DNA of 63,287 nt, filler included, from Folioceros fuciformis (GCA_049999805.1; 30 parts of 30 records of this genome joined end to end with filler, not necessarily neighbours in it), one strand, 5' to 3'. Positions 46,080-58,569 are shown, numbered from the whole stretch's first letter. The notes: a model not told the origin generated them from the letters alone. Program-made: numbers and translations.

Positions 46080-48251
46080 ATAGTGAACACCCTTAAGCCC
46101 ATAGTGGCAAGGTGCTGATAGTGCTTGACCTTAGAAAGCCCTTTAGTCAATAGATCTGCTGTATTTTCATTTGTGTTTACATACTCCACCTTAGCCACAC
46201 CTCTCTCCACCACATCTCTAATGTAGTGGTGATAAAGCTCTATGTGCTTTGTCCTTGCGTGGAATCATGGATTAGCCACGAGGGCTATAGCAGACATATT
46301 GTCACATAATAGTTGAGTTGCAGAGGTTTGTGTCATAAAGATAGACTCTAAAAACTGTCTCTCCCATTCAAGTGTAGGGTTATTAAAGCCCAATGTGCTT
46401 AGACTAATGTGTTTAGTCTAAGATTAGTGTCTAGTTAAGTATCATTAGTTTATATTAGCTTAAGCTAATATGTAGGAAGCTTCTTACGCAGCTTCCTGTG
46501 CGCTTCTTGTGAAGCTTCCTATGGAGCTCTTCTAGAGGGTATAAATACCCCCTTGAGCTCCCTTGCTATTGAGACTCTGTGTGAGAGTGTGACCTCTCTT
46601 TCTCCTCTCCTCCTCTCCTCCTTTACCATGTGGCTCCTCTAGCGGTCCTTCATCAAGTTCCTTGTAGGCATCTGTTAGGGCCTTGTATTCAGCCTTAGTA
46701 GATGACATTGCTAATGAAGACTACTTTTTACATGACCAATTGACTGCACCTAAGGCTAGCAAACATACATAGGCAGACAGACTCTTACGAGTGTTTGAAT
46801 CTGATGCCCAGTCAGCATCAGCTAGGGCAGTCAGCCCAAAACTCTTCTTGCCACTAGCAGTGTAATGCAGGCCTAAGTTGACTGTTCCCTTTAGGTAACG
46901 ATAGATACGTTTAACTGCAGCCTAGTGGACTTGACCTGGAGTCTTGATAAACTAAGCTACCATACTAACAGAGAAGCTGATATCTGGTCTAGTCCAATTT
47001 GCTAGGAAAATGAGACATCCAACTGCCTCAGCATAAGGGACACCAGCCATATCCTTTTCTTCATTTGCAGACTGAGAGGACATCTCAATTGTAAGCTTCT
47101 CACCCACAATGGAAGGGGTAGTTACAGAACGAGCTTCAACTAGGTGAAATCGTTTAAGTATTTCCTTAAGATATTTTGACTGATGAAGGACAATTATCCC
47201 ATCCTGCTTGTTTCTAAGTATCTGAATACCCAAGCAAAATTGAAGAGCACCTGATCTGTCATCTCAAACTCGCTCCTCAGAAGATCCTTAACCTTGTTCA
47301 TCTGTGACATGCTGTTGCTCAGTAGAATTGCATCGTCGACATACAAGGCCAGGATGACAAAGAGCCCAGACTCGGATAAGTAAATATACATTTGAGTCTG
47401 CTGATGATTGTGAGAAGCCTACCTTACACAAGAATTTCATAATTCGTTTGTACCAAGCTCTAGGTCTTTGTTTCAAACCATAGATAGTCTTCAGAAGTTT
47501 GCAGACTTTACCATGCCATTTCTTACTAACAAATTCTTCTGGTTGGTTCATGTAGAGAACCTCTTCCGGTTCCCCATGTAGGAAGGCCGTGCAAACATCC
47601 ATCTGATGGAGTTCAAGATCAAACTCAGCGGCAAGTGCAAGCAGGATTCTGATAGATGGAGGCTTCACTACGGGGGAGAAAGTATCTCCGTAATCTATCC
47701 CAGGGATCTGTGAGAATCTTCTTGCTACTAGCCTGCTTTTGTATCTCGCTATAGTTCCATCTGATTTTAGTTTAGTTTTAAATACCCATTTACAGGTAAT
47801 GGGTTTCCTGCCTAGTGGCAGATCAGCTAGCTCCCACGTCTAGTTTTTGAGAAGACTATTGTACTCATTATTAATAGACACTCGCCAATGGGCCCCATTA
47901 GGACCATTTAGTGCTTCATCAAATGTCTGAGGATCATGTCTAACATCTGGTGCATGCAAGCCTGTTACGTTGGCTGCAGTATGTCTCCTGAAGTCTTCAG
48001 ATTGATAAGGAGGCTCCTCCCATAACTCTCGTGGCCTTCTCATCCTTGCAGGATAGCGAGAAGGAGGATCAACATTAGCAGTCTCATCAGGATCTGACAG
48101 CACAGCATCACTGTGAGCTTCACTGTTGTCCGAGTCTTCAAAAGCACCTGGTTGCTCATCATTATCTTAGTGATCCCCCTCATAGCCCGCAACATCAATA
48201 GGATCTGGATCTACAGGAGGTTCACCAACAGCAGGTACCAAAGGAGGGTCA
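46080..48251 (-). mobile_element. Ty1/Copia linker + RT + RNase H, degenerate, interrupted by a solo LTR
   Basis: CKWVFKTK, RYKSRLVAR, HQMDVCTAFLHG, LYVDDA, TRPDIS, ADWASD, SSTKAEY, ADLLTKGL; several stops and frameshifts. Confidence 0.93.
46373..46652 (+). mobile_element. Solo LTR (280 bp) with 5-bp target-site duplication TCAAG
   Basis: TGTAGGG...CCTTCA termini; TCAAG at 46368-46372 and 46653-46657; TATAAATA at ~46540. Removing it restores the RNase H reading ...KELEWERQF.... Confidence 0.93.
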
Positions 48252-48893
48252 TAACGAAATACGGCTGCCCTAAATATATCCCGCTTCCCGACGCTAAGCG
48301 TAGTCCTTAGGTTAATTATGCACATAGAATACGAACAGGCACGAACCGTGCCCTAAATAATGATCACCCATCAACCGTCGTACAGGTTCACGGGACACGG
48401 CCATAAAGGCCCTCACACACTCACATTATACACACAAAAATATACATTCTATTCATTTTTTCCTACGCTATCGATCCTCTTCACGCTATGGTATCAGAGC
48501 TTGGTTGATGGACTCTGCCATGTCGCCTCCTAGTGTGTGTGAGATCTGCAAATCCGAGTCCTGCATTAGGACTCTGACATATGAAAACTTTCGAGCTGCA
48601 ATTCATGCACTCAGACTCTCACTCACCTGGTTTGGCGTGATGGCGGAAACCTTCTTGGCGGAGGTTGTCAATCACTACTACGCGTAGCACTTGCGCACCT
48701 GGCGCCAAGGAACATTGAGCCACCCTGCTGAACTTGCATCTTTAATCTGCCAGATTGTCACCTTGGTTTCTGTCCTGCACAGTATGGTCAGCCAAGTACA
48801 CTTCTAGCATGGCCTGCAATTAGTTCACTGCGTGTGTAAGACTCAATCTGCTGTAGGAAAGAAGCCTGCGTAGGAACACCAGGTCATATACAC
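48252..48893 (+). mobile_element. LTR element 5' end, copy 1: LTR 48252-48488 (TA...TA termini), PBS-iMet 48489-48500, internal region without gag
   Basis: Colinear with 62080-62720, with the shared boundary at TAACGAAAT. TGGTATCAGAGC directly follows ...TTCACGCTA. Confidence 0.85.
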
Positions 48894-48993
48894 NNNNNNN
48901 NNNNNNNNNNNNNNNNNNNNNNNNNNNNNNNNNNNNNTTAATTAATTAANNNNNNNNNNNNNNNNNNNNNNNNNNNNNNNNNNNNNNNNNNNN

Positions 48994-51073
48994 GCAGAAT
49001 CAGGCCTCCTGAGTGCTTCCTCGTATGACTGTGGCTCGACAGGGTCAAGCAATGTGGCATGTGCTTCAGCTGGCCTGAAATCATGGGATTGGTAGAAGTC
49101 TGGAGGTCGTCGAATACGTTGAGGATAACGACGTTCAGGCTGTGCAGCTAGTTCTGGCTGCTCACGCTGAGGGTCCAGATCATCAAGATTGACTTGTTCA
49201 GCATCTTCTGAAACAGCCTCAGCTGCTACCTCGTCTTCATCCTGTTCTGAAATAGGGTCAGGAGGTAAGAGATCATGAGGAGGTGGCTCCTGTATAGGAT
49301 CAGCAATATTTTCCAAGATTTCCTGGTCTGGGACAGGCTCAAGTTCGGGTGCTAGTTGAAGCTGATTCTCTTGATCCCCACCTGCAGGAGCAACATCCTC
49401 AGGAAGATCCTCAAAGTGAGAAACATCCAGATCAAGACGTTCACAACTGTCAGGAGCAGCATCATCAGCAGGAGAAGCATCATCAGCAACTCCCACTGGC
49501 CAGAAACACTTTTCGTCAAAGGTAACACTCCTAGAGTATGTAACCTGATTTGTGGATACGTCATACAGCTTGTATGCCTTAATCCCCTCTGTGTACCCTA
49601 ACATCAGCAACTTCTGTGGCTTGCTAAACAGCTTCTTGCGTTTTTCACGAGGAATAAAGGCGTAGGCAACACATCCGAAAGTCCCGAGATGGCTTGTGCC
49701 CATAGAAGGCTTCGTAGGGAGTCATCCCTGAAACAATAGTGGTTGGAAGTCTGTTTCTCAAATAAACAGCTGTGATGAGGGCTTCTGCCCAGTAAGGCAG
49801 GTGAGCATTATTCAGCAAAGAAGAGGTAATCTCTTGCAAAGTGAGGTTCATATGCTCAGCCACTCCGTTCTGTTGGGGTGTATAAACCACTGCTAACTGT
49901 CGCCCAATGCCCTCATTGGTACAGAAAGCTTGAAACTCATGTGAGGTAAATTCCCCACCGTTATCTGAATGTAGGGTTTTAAGGTGCTTCCCTGTCCAGC
50001 GTTCAGCAAACTTGAGATAAGCTTTAAAATGTGTGAAACACTCACTTTTGGCTTTGAGTATGTAAGCAGTGACAAAACGAGTCTTGTCATCAGTAAAAGT
50101 GAGAAAGTATCTCCCACCACCTAATGAGGGCTTGGACAAGGGGCCACACAAGTCTGTGTGCACAAGTTCCAAGACTTCAGAGGCCCTGTGTGGAGCCTTG
50201 TTTCGAAAGGCTGCTTGATGGCGTTTAGCAAGGACACAGGGTTCGCATAAAGGTAAGGGAACTAACTTCCCAATTGGACCATCAGCATATAGGTCACTGG
50301 TAGCTAGTTGCTGTAATTTACTATTGTGTGGGTGACCTAATCGAGCATGCCACAACTTAGATTTTTCTATCTGTTGTGCAGAGGCTAGGGAGTCCTCATG
50401 TGTGAGATGGGACTGAACTGCACCACTCTTGGTGTGCAGACGAAACAGGTCATGTTCTGAGGACCCGTAAGCTAGAACTCTGCTGGGATTGAAAGCGTCT
50501 ATCACCTTACACTCTGTGTTGGTAAACAAATTGTGACTGTTGTTGTCTATGTTTAGACGTCTAACAGAGATAAGGTTGCGTGTCATCTCAGGTACATAGT
50601 ATACGTCTATGAGTGACAGCATGACTCCTAATGGTACAAGAAGCTCAACAATCCCTCTACCAGGAGAGACAAGTGACCTATTGTCACCAAGGTAAACATA
50701 TTGATCCTTGACTGATCTATATGTTGTAAAAGCATTTCTATTGAAGCACATGTGAGCAGTGGCCCCAGTATCAAGGTACCACTCTGTATACTGACCAGCA
50801 GTTGTTTTTCCTGACAGACATGTGGGTGAAGAGATGGGATTGATATACTCCTCTGTCCCAACCACAAGCGCTAATGGCGATGGTTGCTTCTTGACCACAA
50901 CGTTGGTCTCTGCACTTCCCTCCTTTCGAGGTAGGCCAGCTTGCTTTTTCCTGCAATCCCGTTCCCAGTGACCAGGGATTTTGCACCAGTTGCAAGTCCC
51001 TAACTTCTTATTTTTCTTATTTGCAGATTGTGTTGGGTGGCCTCCTTGCGAGCTGCCACCTCGGGACGAACCA
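48994..51073 (-). mobile_element. Ty1/Copia gag knuckle, protease, integrase and linker
   Basis: CNWCKIPGHWERDC, WYLDTGATAHM, LWHARLGH, LVHTDLCGP, HSDNGGEF, PQQNGVAE; frameshifts. Confidence 0.95.
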
Positions 51074-51173
51074 NNNNNNNNNNNNNNNNNNNNNNNNNNN
51101 NNNNNNNNNNNNNNNNNTTAATTAATTAANNNNNNNNNNNNNNNNNNNNNNNNNNNNNNNNNNNNNNNNNNNN

Positions 51174-52447
51174 AAACTTTCTCCTCGTCTATAACAAAAC
51201 CTTCAGGCTGATGCATGTAAGTCTCTTCTTCTAATGTACCATTAAGAAATGTTGTCTTAACGTCTAGTTGGTGAACGTGAAGACCAAAATGGGCTGCTAG
51301 AGATAGCAATATTCTGACTGAAGTAGACTTCACCACAGGCGCAAATGTCTCATTATAGTCTAACCCAGCAACTTGGCTATATCCTTTAGCTACTAACCTA
51401 GATTTGTAGCGGCCAACACTACCATCTGTGTTGAGTTTCTTTTTAAAACCCCATTTACAAGCTACTGGTTTACGACCTTCTGGTAAGTCTACGAGTTTCC
51501 AAGTACCATTTTCCATTAAAGAGTTGTATTCACACTGTATGGACTCCTTCCAGAATTCTGCCTCAAGGCCTGTGATGGCTTCAAGGTAACTAGTTGGCTC
51601 ATAAGTGTTAAAGTTTGGAACAGGAGTTTTGGAAGCTACACCAGCAACAAATGGTGGTTCTGTCCACTCATGGCGAGGGGGTCTAGACCTGGTAGACCTG
51701 CAAAGGGCAGGTGAGGATGGTGTGTCTTCGACAGAAGGAGGATCAGGGGCTGCAACTAAAGGTAAATCAGGAGGCACTGGAGGATCAACTGCTACAGATT
51801 CATCAACAGGAGCAAACTCAGCAGGTAAAGTAGACTCATCTGATTCAAAAGAAGATGACACAGACTGTGATGGCTGAGGTGACGCTGGCTGGTTGATGTG
51901 CCCCCGTGAAGTTGAAGGAGTTGTATCCTCAAAATCAAAGACAGCAACATCAGTGTCCTTATCATCAGCAAAATCAGCGTCATCATCAACACCATGGATA
52001 GTGGCAGGAGGCAACACAGAAGAAGGTGATAACAAGCTGTCATGTCGACGAAGTAAAGCATTCTCATGGAAAATCACACTGCGTGAATAAGTAACTTGCC
52101 GAGTACTGGGATCAAACAGCTTGTAACCCTTCACTTCCTCAGCATAGCCAACAAAGATTCGACGAACAGCCTTCGGGTCGAGCTTACAGCTGAGAAGGTA
52201 CAAGGGCATATGCAGGGCTGCCAAAAATCCGCAAGTGAGTGATGCGTGGCTTCTTGCCTGTCCAACGTTCATATGGTGAAATGAGCCCAAGTTCAAAGGG
52301 TAGGGAGACGATTCTGCACATAAGTAGCTGCAACGAGAGCTTCTGCCTAGTAACCATGAGTCAGTCCAGCAAAAGACAAACTAGAAAGAGTGGCCTCTTA
52401 TAAAGTACGATTTTTGCGTTCAGCAAACGCATTCTGGGCAGGTGTAT
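51174..52447 (-). mobile_element. Ty1/Copia integrase C-terminus, linker and RT start
   Basis: KLDPKA..RIFVGY, SRSVIFHE, CKWGFKKK, RYKSRLVAKGYSQ, QLDVKTTFLNG. Confidence 0.95.
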
Positions 52448-52551
52448 NNNNNNNNNNNNNNNNNNNNNNNNNNNNNNNNNNNNNNNNNNNNTTAATTAAT
52501 TAANNNNNNNNNNNNNNNNNNNNNNNNNNNNNNNNNNNNNNNNNNNNTCTT

Positions 52552-52761
52552 GCTCTGATACCATAAAGAATATGTACCCAAAACATCAGACCACGTCACG
52601 CATACACATGAAAGCACAAAGAAGTGTATTCTTGCATTGAAATAGTGATACAAAAGGGCTCTGTTCGTAACCGTCTCAACCCTAACTTAAAACACGAAAC
52701 GCCATTTAGCAAAACGCTACACTACGTAACGCTCCACTTAAATACCAAACATTATTCCGTA
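52552..52761 (-). mobile_element. Nested LTR element 5' end: LTR ~52761-52564 (apparent TA...TA termini) + PBS-iMet 52563-52552
   Basis: Minus strand TACGGAAT...ATTCTTTA followed directly by TGGTATCAGAGC. It interrupts a Copia RT just after KRVLRYLAGT. Confidence 0.65.
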
Positions 52762-53593
52762 TTAGGGCTGGTATACCCTAGTATTTTAATACTACTGTCA
52801 ATGTTCCAGCCAAATATCTTAGGACTCTCTTAGCTGCAACCCAATGCTCTGTCCCTAGGTTTTCCAGGAATTGAGAACAGTTTCCGGAAGCCACCAGGGT
52901 TTCTGGTCGTGTTGTATTTCCAGCATACAGAATCTTTCCAACTATGGCCCTGTATGGCACTCCTAGCATGGCAGCTCTCTCTTCATCTGATGCAGGACAC
53001 ATGCCTTTGTCAACCTTTGGCTTGCCACCATGGGAGTGGCACAGGGCTTACAGTTGGTCATGTTGAATTGGGCCAAGCACTCCCTAAGATATTTTTCCTA
53101 ACTGAGAGTAAGTGTCCTTTTGCCCCTGTCTCTTTGTATGCATATACCCACACAGTACTTAGCTTCTCCAAGGTGTTGCATCTTAAACTCGCTCATAAGC
53201 AGGTCTTTTATTGTGATCAATAGGTGATTGGAGTTCGACGCCAACAGCATGTCATCCACATACAGCACAGAAACAGGTATTTTTTACCTTTGTTGAGAGT
53301 ATACAAACTGACATAAGATGTGCTTTGCTTGAAGCCTAGTTTGATCAGCAGGGCATGAATCCGTTGGTTCCAGGCCCTGGGAGCTTGCTTTAAACCGTAT
53401 ATCGTTTTGTGCAGCTTACAGACCTTGTCTTCAGCTCCCACAGTCTCAAAGCCAGGAGGCTGCATCATATACACTTCCTCCTCCAGCAAACCATGCAGAA
53501 AAGCTGTCTTGACGTCCAACTGATGCAGCTCCAGATCCTCATGCGCTGCAATGGCCATAACTGTCCGGAAGGTTTGAAATTTAGCTACTGGGG
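52762..53593 (-). mobile_element. Ty1/Copia reverse transcriptase fragment
   Basis: HQLDVKTAFLHG, LHKTIYGLKQAPRAW, YVDD, PYRAIVG, KRVLRYL; frameshifts. Confidence 0.94.
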
Positions 53594-54109
53594 NNNNNNN
53601 NNNNNNNNNNNNNNNNNNNNNNNNNNNNNNNNNNNNNTTAATTAATTAANNNNNNNNNNNNNNNNNNNNNNNNNNNNNNNNNNNNNNNNNNNNTTCTCGC
53701 TGGTGGGGACGTTGGTAAGTAGTTGTTTGTTTTCCTAGGCCAAGTTGGTCTAAACAATTTTGTGGGAAACCAGGTGGCTAGGCCTCCAAGTTTCCCAGGG
53801 GGGCTGTTGACGGGTCCTGGGTCTGCCTCTCTTAGGCAAACCTAGTCTCTTTTTGTAGCCTTGCTCTTGGCCATAGGCCAAGAACAAATTAAGGCTAGGA
53901 TTGTTGCTCCTGGGCCGAAGGCCAAGGAGATCGCAGGCAAGCGGAAGCTTAGTGACCTAGCTTGGTAGACAGGCTAGGTAGGCATGCAGCTATGCGGCTG
54001 CTGCGCGACAGCTGTCATGCTGTTGCTGTATGGGAAACAGAGCACCTAAGACTCTATGACTGGATACTGACTAGAGCATCCTGGGCATAAGCCCTGAATG
54101 TGATCAAAA

Positions 54110-55471
54110 GTGATCGGTGCCCTCATATGTGAAGAACGCACAAGGAGCTTCCACAAGAATAAGAGTTCCACTACCAACAACACAAGAGTGCTCTTCACGT
54201 CAAGACGGCGAGGTGGTTTTCGTGGGCGTGGCAGAGGACGAGGTTCCTACACAAATTCACAGCGTGATGTGACCACAAAGAAGACCTTTGTTTGCAACTG
54301 GTGCAAGATATCGGGACACTATGAACGTGACTGCCGCAAAAAGAAGGGAGGTGAACCCAGACGAGAATATCCTCCAAAGAGCAACATCACTACCAGCAAG
54401 ACTAAGCAGCCCACCATCCTGGCAGTTTGTTTGTCATCCACACAAGTACAATCAAACACATGGTTTCTCGACTCTAGAGCTACAAGTCACATTTGCTTTC
54501 ATAGGCATGCTTTTTCTTCTGTCATTCCTTCTGCTGATGCAAAACAGTGTCTTACTGGGAGACAACAGTGGACTTTCTATCAAAGGCTCAGGCTCAGTTA
54601 TCATTTCCCTGCCTGATTCTACTAGACTCACACTCACAAATGTTCTTTATGTCCCTTCAATGACCAAAAACTTGATGTCTGTTCTAAAGTTGTCATAGGA
54701 ACATTATTGCCGAGTGTGTTTTGATCAACAAGGGTGTTATGTCTCAAGTACTAGGTTTGGACATGATCTTTTCTTAGGGTCACCTTTTCATGACTTGTAT
54801 CTCCTGAATGTCAAAACTTTTCTCAGTACCATTCAGTCAGTTCACTCTAAAGAAGTCCCCTCCACACAATTGTGGCACTGTCGTCTAGGACATGTCAACT
54901 TCCAACGTCTTAGTTCCCTTGTCAAAGGAGAAAGTTATAGAGAGCCTCTGGATTTCTCGTTTGATGAGAATACTTTTTGTGAAGCCTATCAGTTGAGTAA
55001 GGCTCATTTGCTGCCTTTCAAGGATTTAGCCCTTAGCAGAGCCGATGGTTTACTTCACACTGTACACAGCAATATATGTGGCCCCATGTCCACAAGCTCC
55101 TTTGGAGGAGCAGACTATTTCCTGACCTTCATTGATGAATGGAGCAGATACTGTGTGGTTTACTTACTTTGACATAAGAGCGAGACTTTTGACTGCTTCA
55201 AGTCTTACGTTCGGTATGCTCAACGGCAAGTAAGATCCAAATTTTGCGAACGAACAATGGTGGTGAGTACACCAGCCATGCCTTCACTTCATTCTGTACA
55301 CAAGAGGGAATTCTTCACCAGTTGACAGTTCCTTACACTCCAAAACAGAATGCCTTCTTAGAACACAAAAACAGAACTTTGCAGGAAGCTACTTTGGCTT
55401 CACTGTCCTTTGCTAGATTAACCCGTGGATATTGGGCCGAAGCTTTGATGGCCGTCAACTATGTGCAGAAT
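54110..55471 (+). mobile_element. Ty1/Copia gag knuckle, protease and integrase, degenerate
   Basis: CNWCKISGHYERDC, WFLDSRATSH, LWHCRLGH, VHSNICGP, RTNNGGEY. Confidence 0.93.
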
Positions 55472-56050
55472 NNNNNNNNNNNNNNNNNNNNNNNNNNNNN
55501 NNNNNNNNNNNNNNNTTAATTAATTAANNNNNNNNNNNNNNNNNNNNNNNNNNNNNNNNNNNNNNNNNNNNGGCTTGGATGCAGATTAAACCTAGCCCTG
55601 GCCGGTGTGTTTGTAGCTATCTGCTGGCGCGAGCCCGGATGCAAACGTGAGGGAAGAGTATCAACGAAGAGCTTCTGGAGGACGGACCACGTCGTCGAAG
55701 ACGATCCCGTTCTCGAATGAACCTCTCTGTGATAAAATTGTTGTAGCTCCTATTTCCCGGTTGCTTGTTCCTGCGAGGCATTTTGGAGTGTCGTGTGTCC
55801 TGTCTGCATACTACCCAGCAGTGATGCAGCGGAAGTCTTTTACTTGCAACTCAATGTGCCTTTTAAATTAGTGATCTCTATCTAATGTGGACATGCGGGT
55901 GGTAACGGACTGTCGCGCACACGAACCGAACGCCATAAGGAAATGGTTGCCGGATTGTGTGCTCGATAAGCCCTTGTACTACATGCATCTACCACATCAG
56001 AATTAGATACATAAAGCAGATTAGATTAGGATCGGATATCAAAGCCAGAG

Positions 56051-56248
56051 GCTCTGATACCATGTCGGTTTGCTTGGAGTTGCTGGGACAGCAGACTAGG
56101 AAAACATGGAAAGCAAAACAACGATTAATAACATTGGTCAAAGAGAATGTGTTATATACATATGTCTTGTTCTCTAAGTGACCTTTCGGTAACCCTAGCT
56201 ATTTAACCCTAAGAGTGGTTATATAAATTACCCTAAGTTATTCCAACA
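56051..56248 (-). mobile_element. Nested LTR element 5' end: canonical LTR 56248-56063 (186 bp) + PBS-iMet 56062-56051
   Basis: Minus strand TGTTGGAA...CCGACA followed by TGGTATCAGAGC; inserted in a Copia RT. Confidence 0.85.
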
Positions 56249-58300
56249 AGGGCCAACATGAGGCGAATAGATTGAGAGCGGACTATTGGAGAGAAAGTTT
56301 CTTGGAAGTCTAACCCTAGGACTTGTGTAAATCCACAAGCACATAAGCGTGCCTTGTATCGGGCTATCTCCCCAGCAGCATTAAGTTTATGTTTAAAGAC
56401 CCACTTGCAGGTGATGGGTCTGCGGCCTGCTGGACGAGGAATAAGCTTCTAGGTATCATTCTAAATGAGACTTTTAAACTCATCATCCACAACGCTCTTC
56501 CATTTGGATTTGTCAGGACTAGTGAATGCTTCAGTAAGTGTGACAGGTTCTGGAGGAATGGAGGGAACTGCAGCTTGGACTGAAGGTAAGCAGACGGTCA
56601 GTAGGATACGTTTGAAAGGTACCTGCTATGTAAAGGAAAAGCGATACGTTTACGCTTTCTGCTTTCGCTTTTCCTTTACGATACGTTTACGCTTTCTGCT
56701 TTCGAGAAGCGTATCGCTTTTCCTTTACATACGTCGGCAGTAGCGAGTGAGGCTGATAGTGGGTACCTAGTGGAAAAGCGATCCTCAAGCAGTGGATACG
56801 TCCAAGTATATCGACTGAAGTCGTCCATAAAGGTGAGATAATGTTCTGCTCCACCCAAGGAAGGAACTTGCAGTCGTCCAGAAATGTCAGAATGCGCTAA
56901 ATCTAGGACTACTGTCGTTCTATGAGCAGGTGTACGAGGAAATGAAACTTCATGTTGTTTTGACAAGACGCAAATCTCGCATGTGGGGAGCTCCTTAAAA
57001 CATGAAGGTAACGTCTCCTAGTAACAGTCCTGTGTAGATGATGCCAAGAGTTTTGTCTTATTAGCATTGCCAAGGCGTGCATGCCATAGCCTGGCCATCT
57101 GGGTAGCTGTTAGGCTGCCATTAGTTGTTGAACAGACTTGCTCTCGACGTGTGCAGGATATGTCTAGGCGATACAATTCTCACTCTAGGAAGGCCTTAAA
57201 GATGCAAATATCAGGAGCACTAAGTCTGGAGAAACAACATACATTCTCTGACACAGTAAATACTGAACTTTTCATTTTCATGAGTTTGCTCAAGGACATC
57301 AAGTTCTCCGCCATCTTTGGGACATATAAGACATCTGGAAGCACTAACTCAGAGTCATCATGCAATAGGAACTTGCAGGTTCCAGACCCTAAGATACTTA
57401 GGCTAGTGGCACTACTCTTATCACCAAGGTGTCTAGACATTGTCTGGAACAGGCAAGTAAAGAGAGAGTCATCCCAACAGATGTGCGCTATTGCCCCACT
57501 ATCTAGGTACCCACTGTCAGCCTCACTCGCTAGAGTATTTAGACAGATAGTTAGAATCTTTACAACTGGCTTGCCTGAATTTTGTGCTGAGAAATCCACT
57601 GTATGCTTATCTTTATGTTGTTGGGTTGCTGAATTCGAAGTTGCTGGGCAAGGTGCTACCCTCTAAGGTTTTCCCGCTTTCTTTTTGCGACATTCATGAG
57701 CCCAGTGACCAGGCAGTCCGCACAAGTTGCAATTGCCTTGACATTTCTGTATATTTGATGCGGAACTCCGGCCGCTAGTATTGGTTGGTCGTTGAGACTG
57801 ATTTCTTCCACGACCCCGGCCTCTGCCCCTCCAGGCAGAAAATACCTTGTCATTTTTGCCTTTGTGTTGTCCTTGTCTGCGCATGTGACATACTTGTTCT
57901 TCCTAGTATAATGCTCCAATAACAGCACTAAGGGTTGGTGTAGATTGGCCTGCAGGGACAGGTTGACCAGGAACTTGGATAGGGACATTTTGAGTGGTGA
58001 CGAAGGTCTGATAGCTAGGAGGATGACTGAGAAGAAATTGTGACACCACTTCAATCTCCGTGAAGGTAGTGCCAAGGGAGGCTAACTGAGCATGCAAATG
58101 TCGGAATTTGCTCGTGTGAGTAGAGACCGAGTCCCCCTCTCTCATCTTCAGGTTTATAAACTCTCCTCTGATAGCACACATCGTCATCAAATTTACTACT
58201 TGTCGGTAGAAGCTAATTGGTCCCATATAGCTTTGGACGATTCTAGGAATTCTATTTCAGGGACTTAATCAAAATCAAGGCCAACAATAATCAGTGCAAC
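56249..58300 (-). mobile_element. Ty1/Copia gag-protease-integrase-RT, degenerate, with internal deletion bridged by filler DNA
   Basis: gag INLKMREGDSV, CNLCGLPGHWAHEC, YLDSGAIAH, LAHSDISG, then a jump at 56620-56780 to EPVTLTEAF...CKWVFKHK...RYKARL. Confidence 0.9.
56627..56731. repeat. 105-bp segment with perfect 22-bp terminal inverted repeats and an internal 25-bp direct repeat
   Basis: TATGTAAAGGAAAAGCGATACG (56627-56648) is the reverse complement of 56710-56731; gatacgtttacgctttctgctttcg occurs twice inside. Confidence 0.92.
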
Positions 58301-58569
58301 GGCTATACTGTTTGCTGTATCCTGTGAACCTCCAAAGTTTGGGGTAGTAGTTTGTTTTGGTTGAAAAAGGGTTAATAGTGGTATGGTTTGGTTTTCTTTT
58401 TCAACTTATTTTCCCTAATTTTCCTTGATTTTCTGGTCATTTTTTTCTATTTTTCTTTGTGCTAATTGGNNNNNNNNNNNNNNNNNNNNNNNNNNNNNNN
58501 NNNNNNNNNNNNNTTAATTAATTAANNNNNNNNNNNNNNNNNNNNNNNNNNNNNNNNNNNNNNNNNNNN

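Noticed and set aside
48489-48500. TGGTATCAGAGC motifs as tRNA genes
   Set aside because: These are 12-nt primer-binding sites complementary to the tRNA-iMet 3' end, with no cloverleaf.
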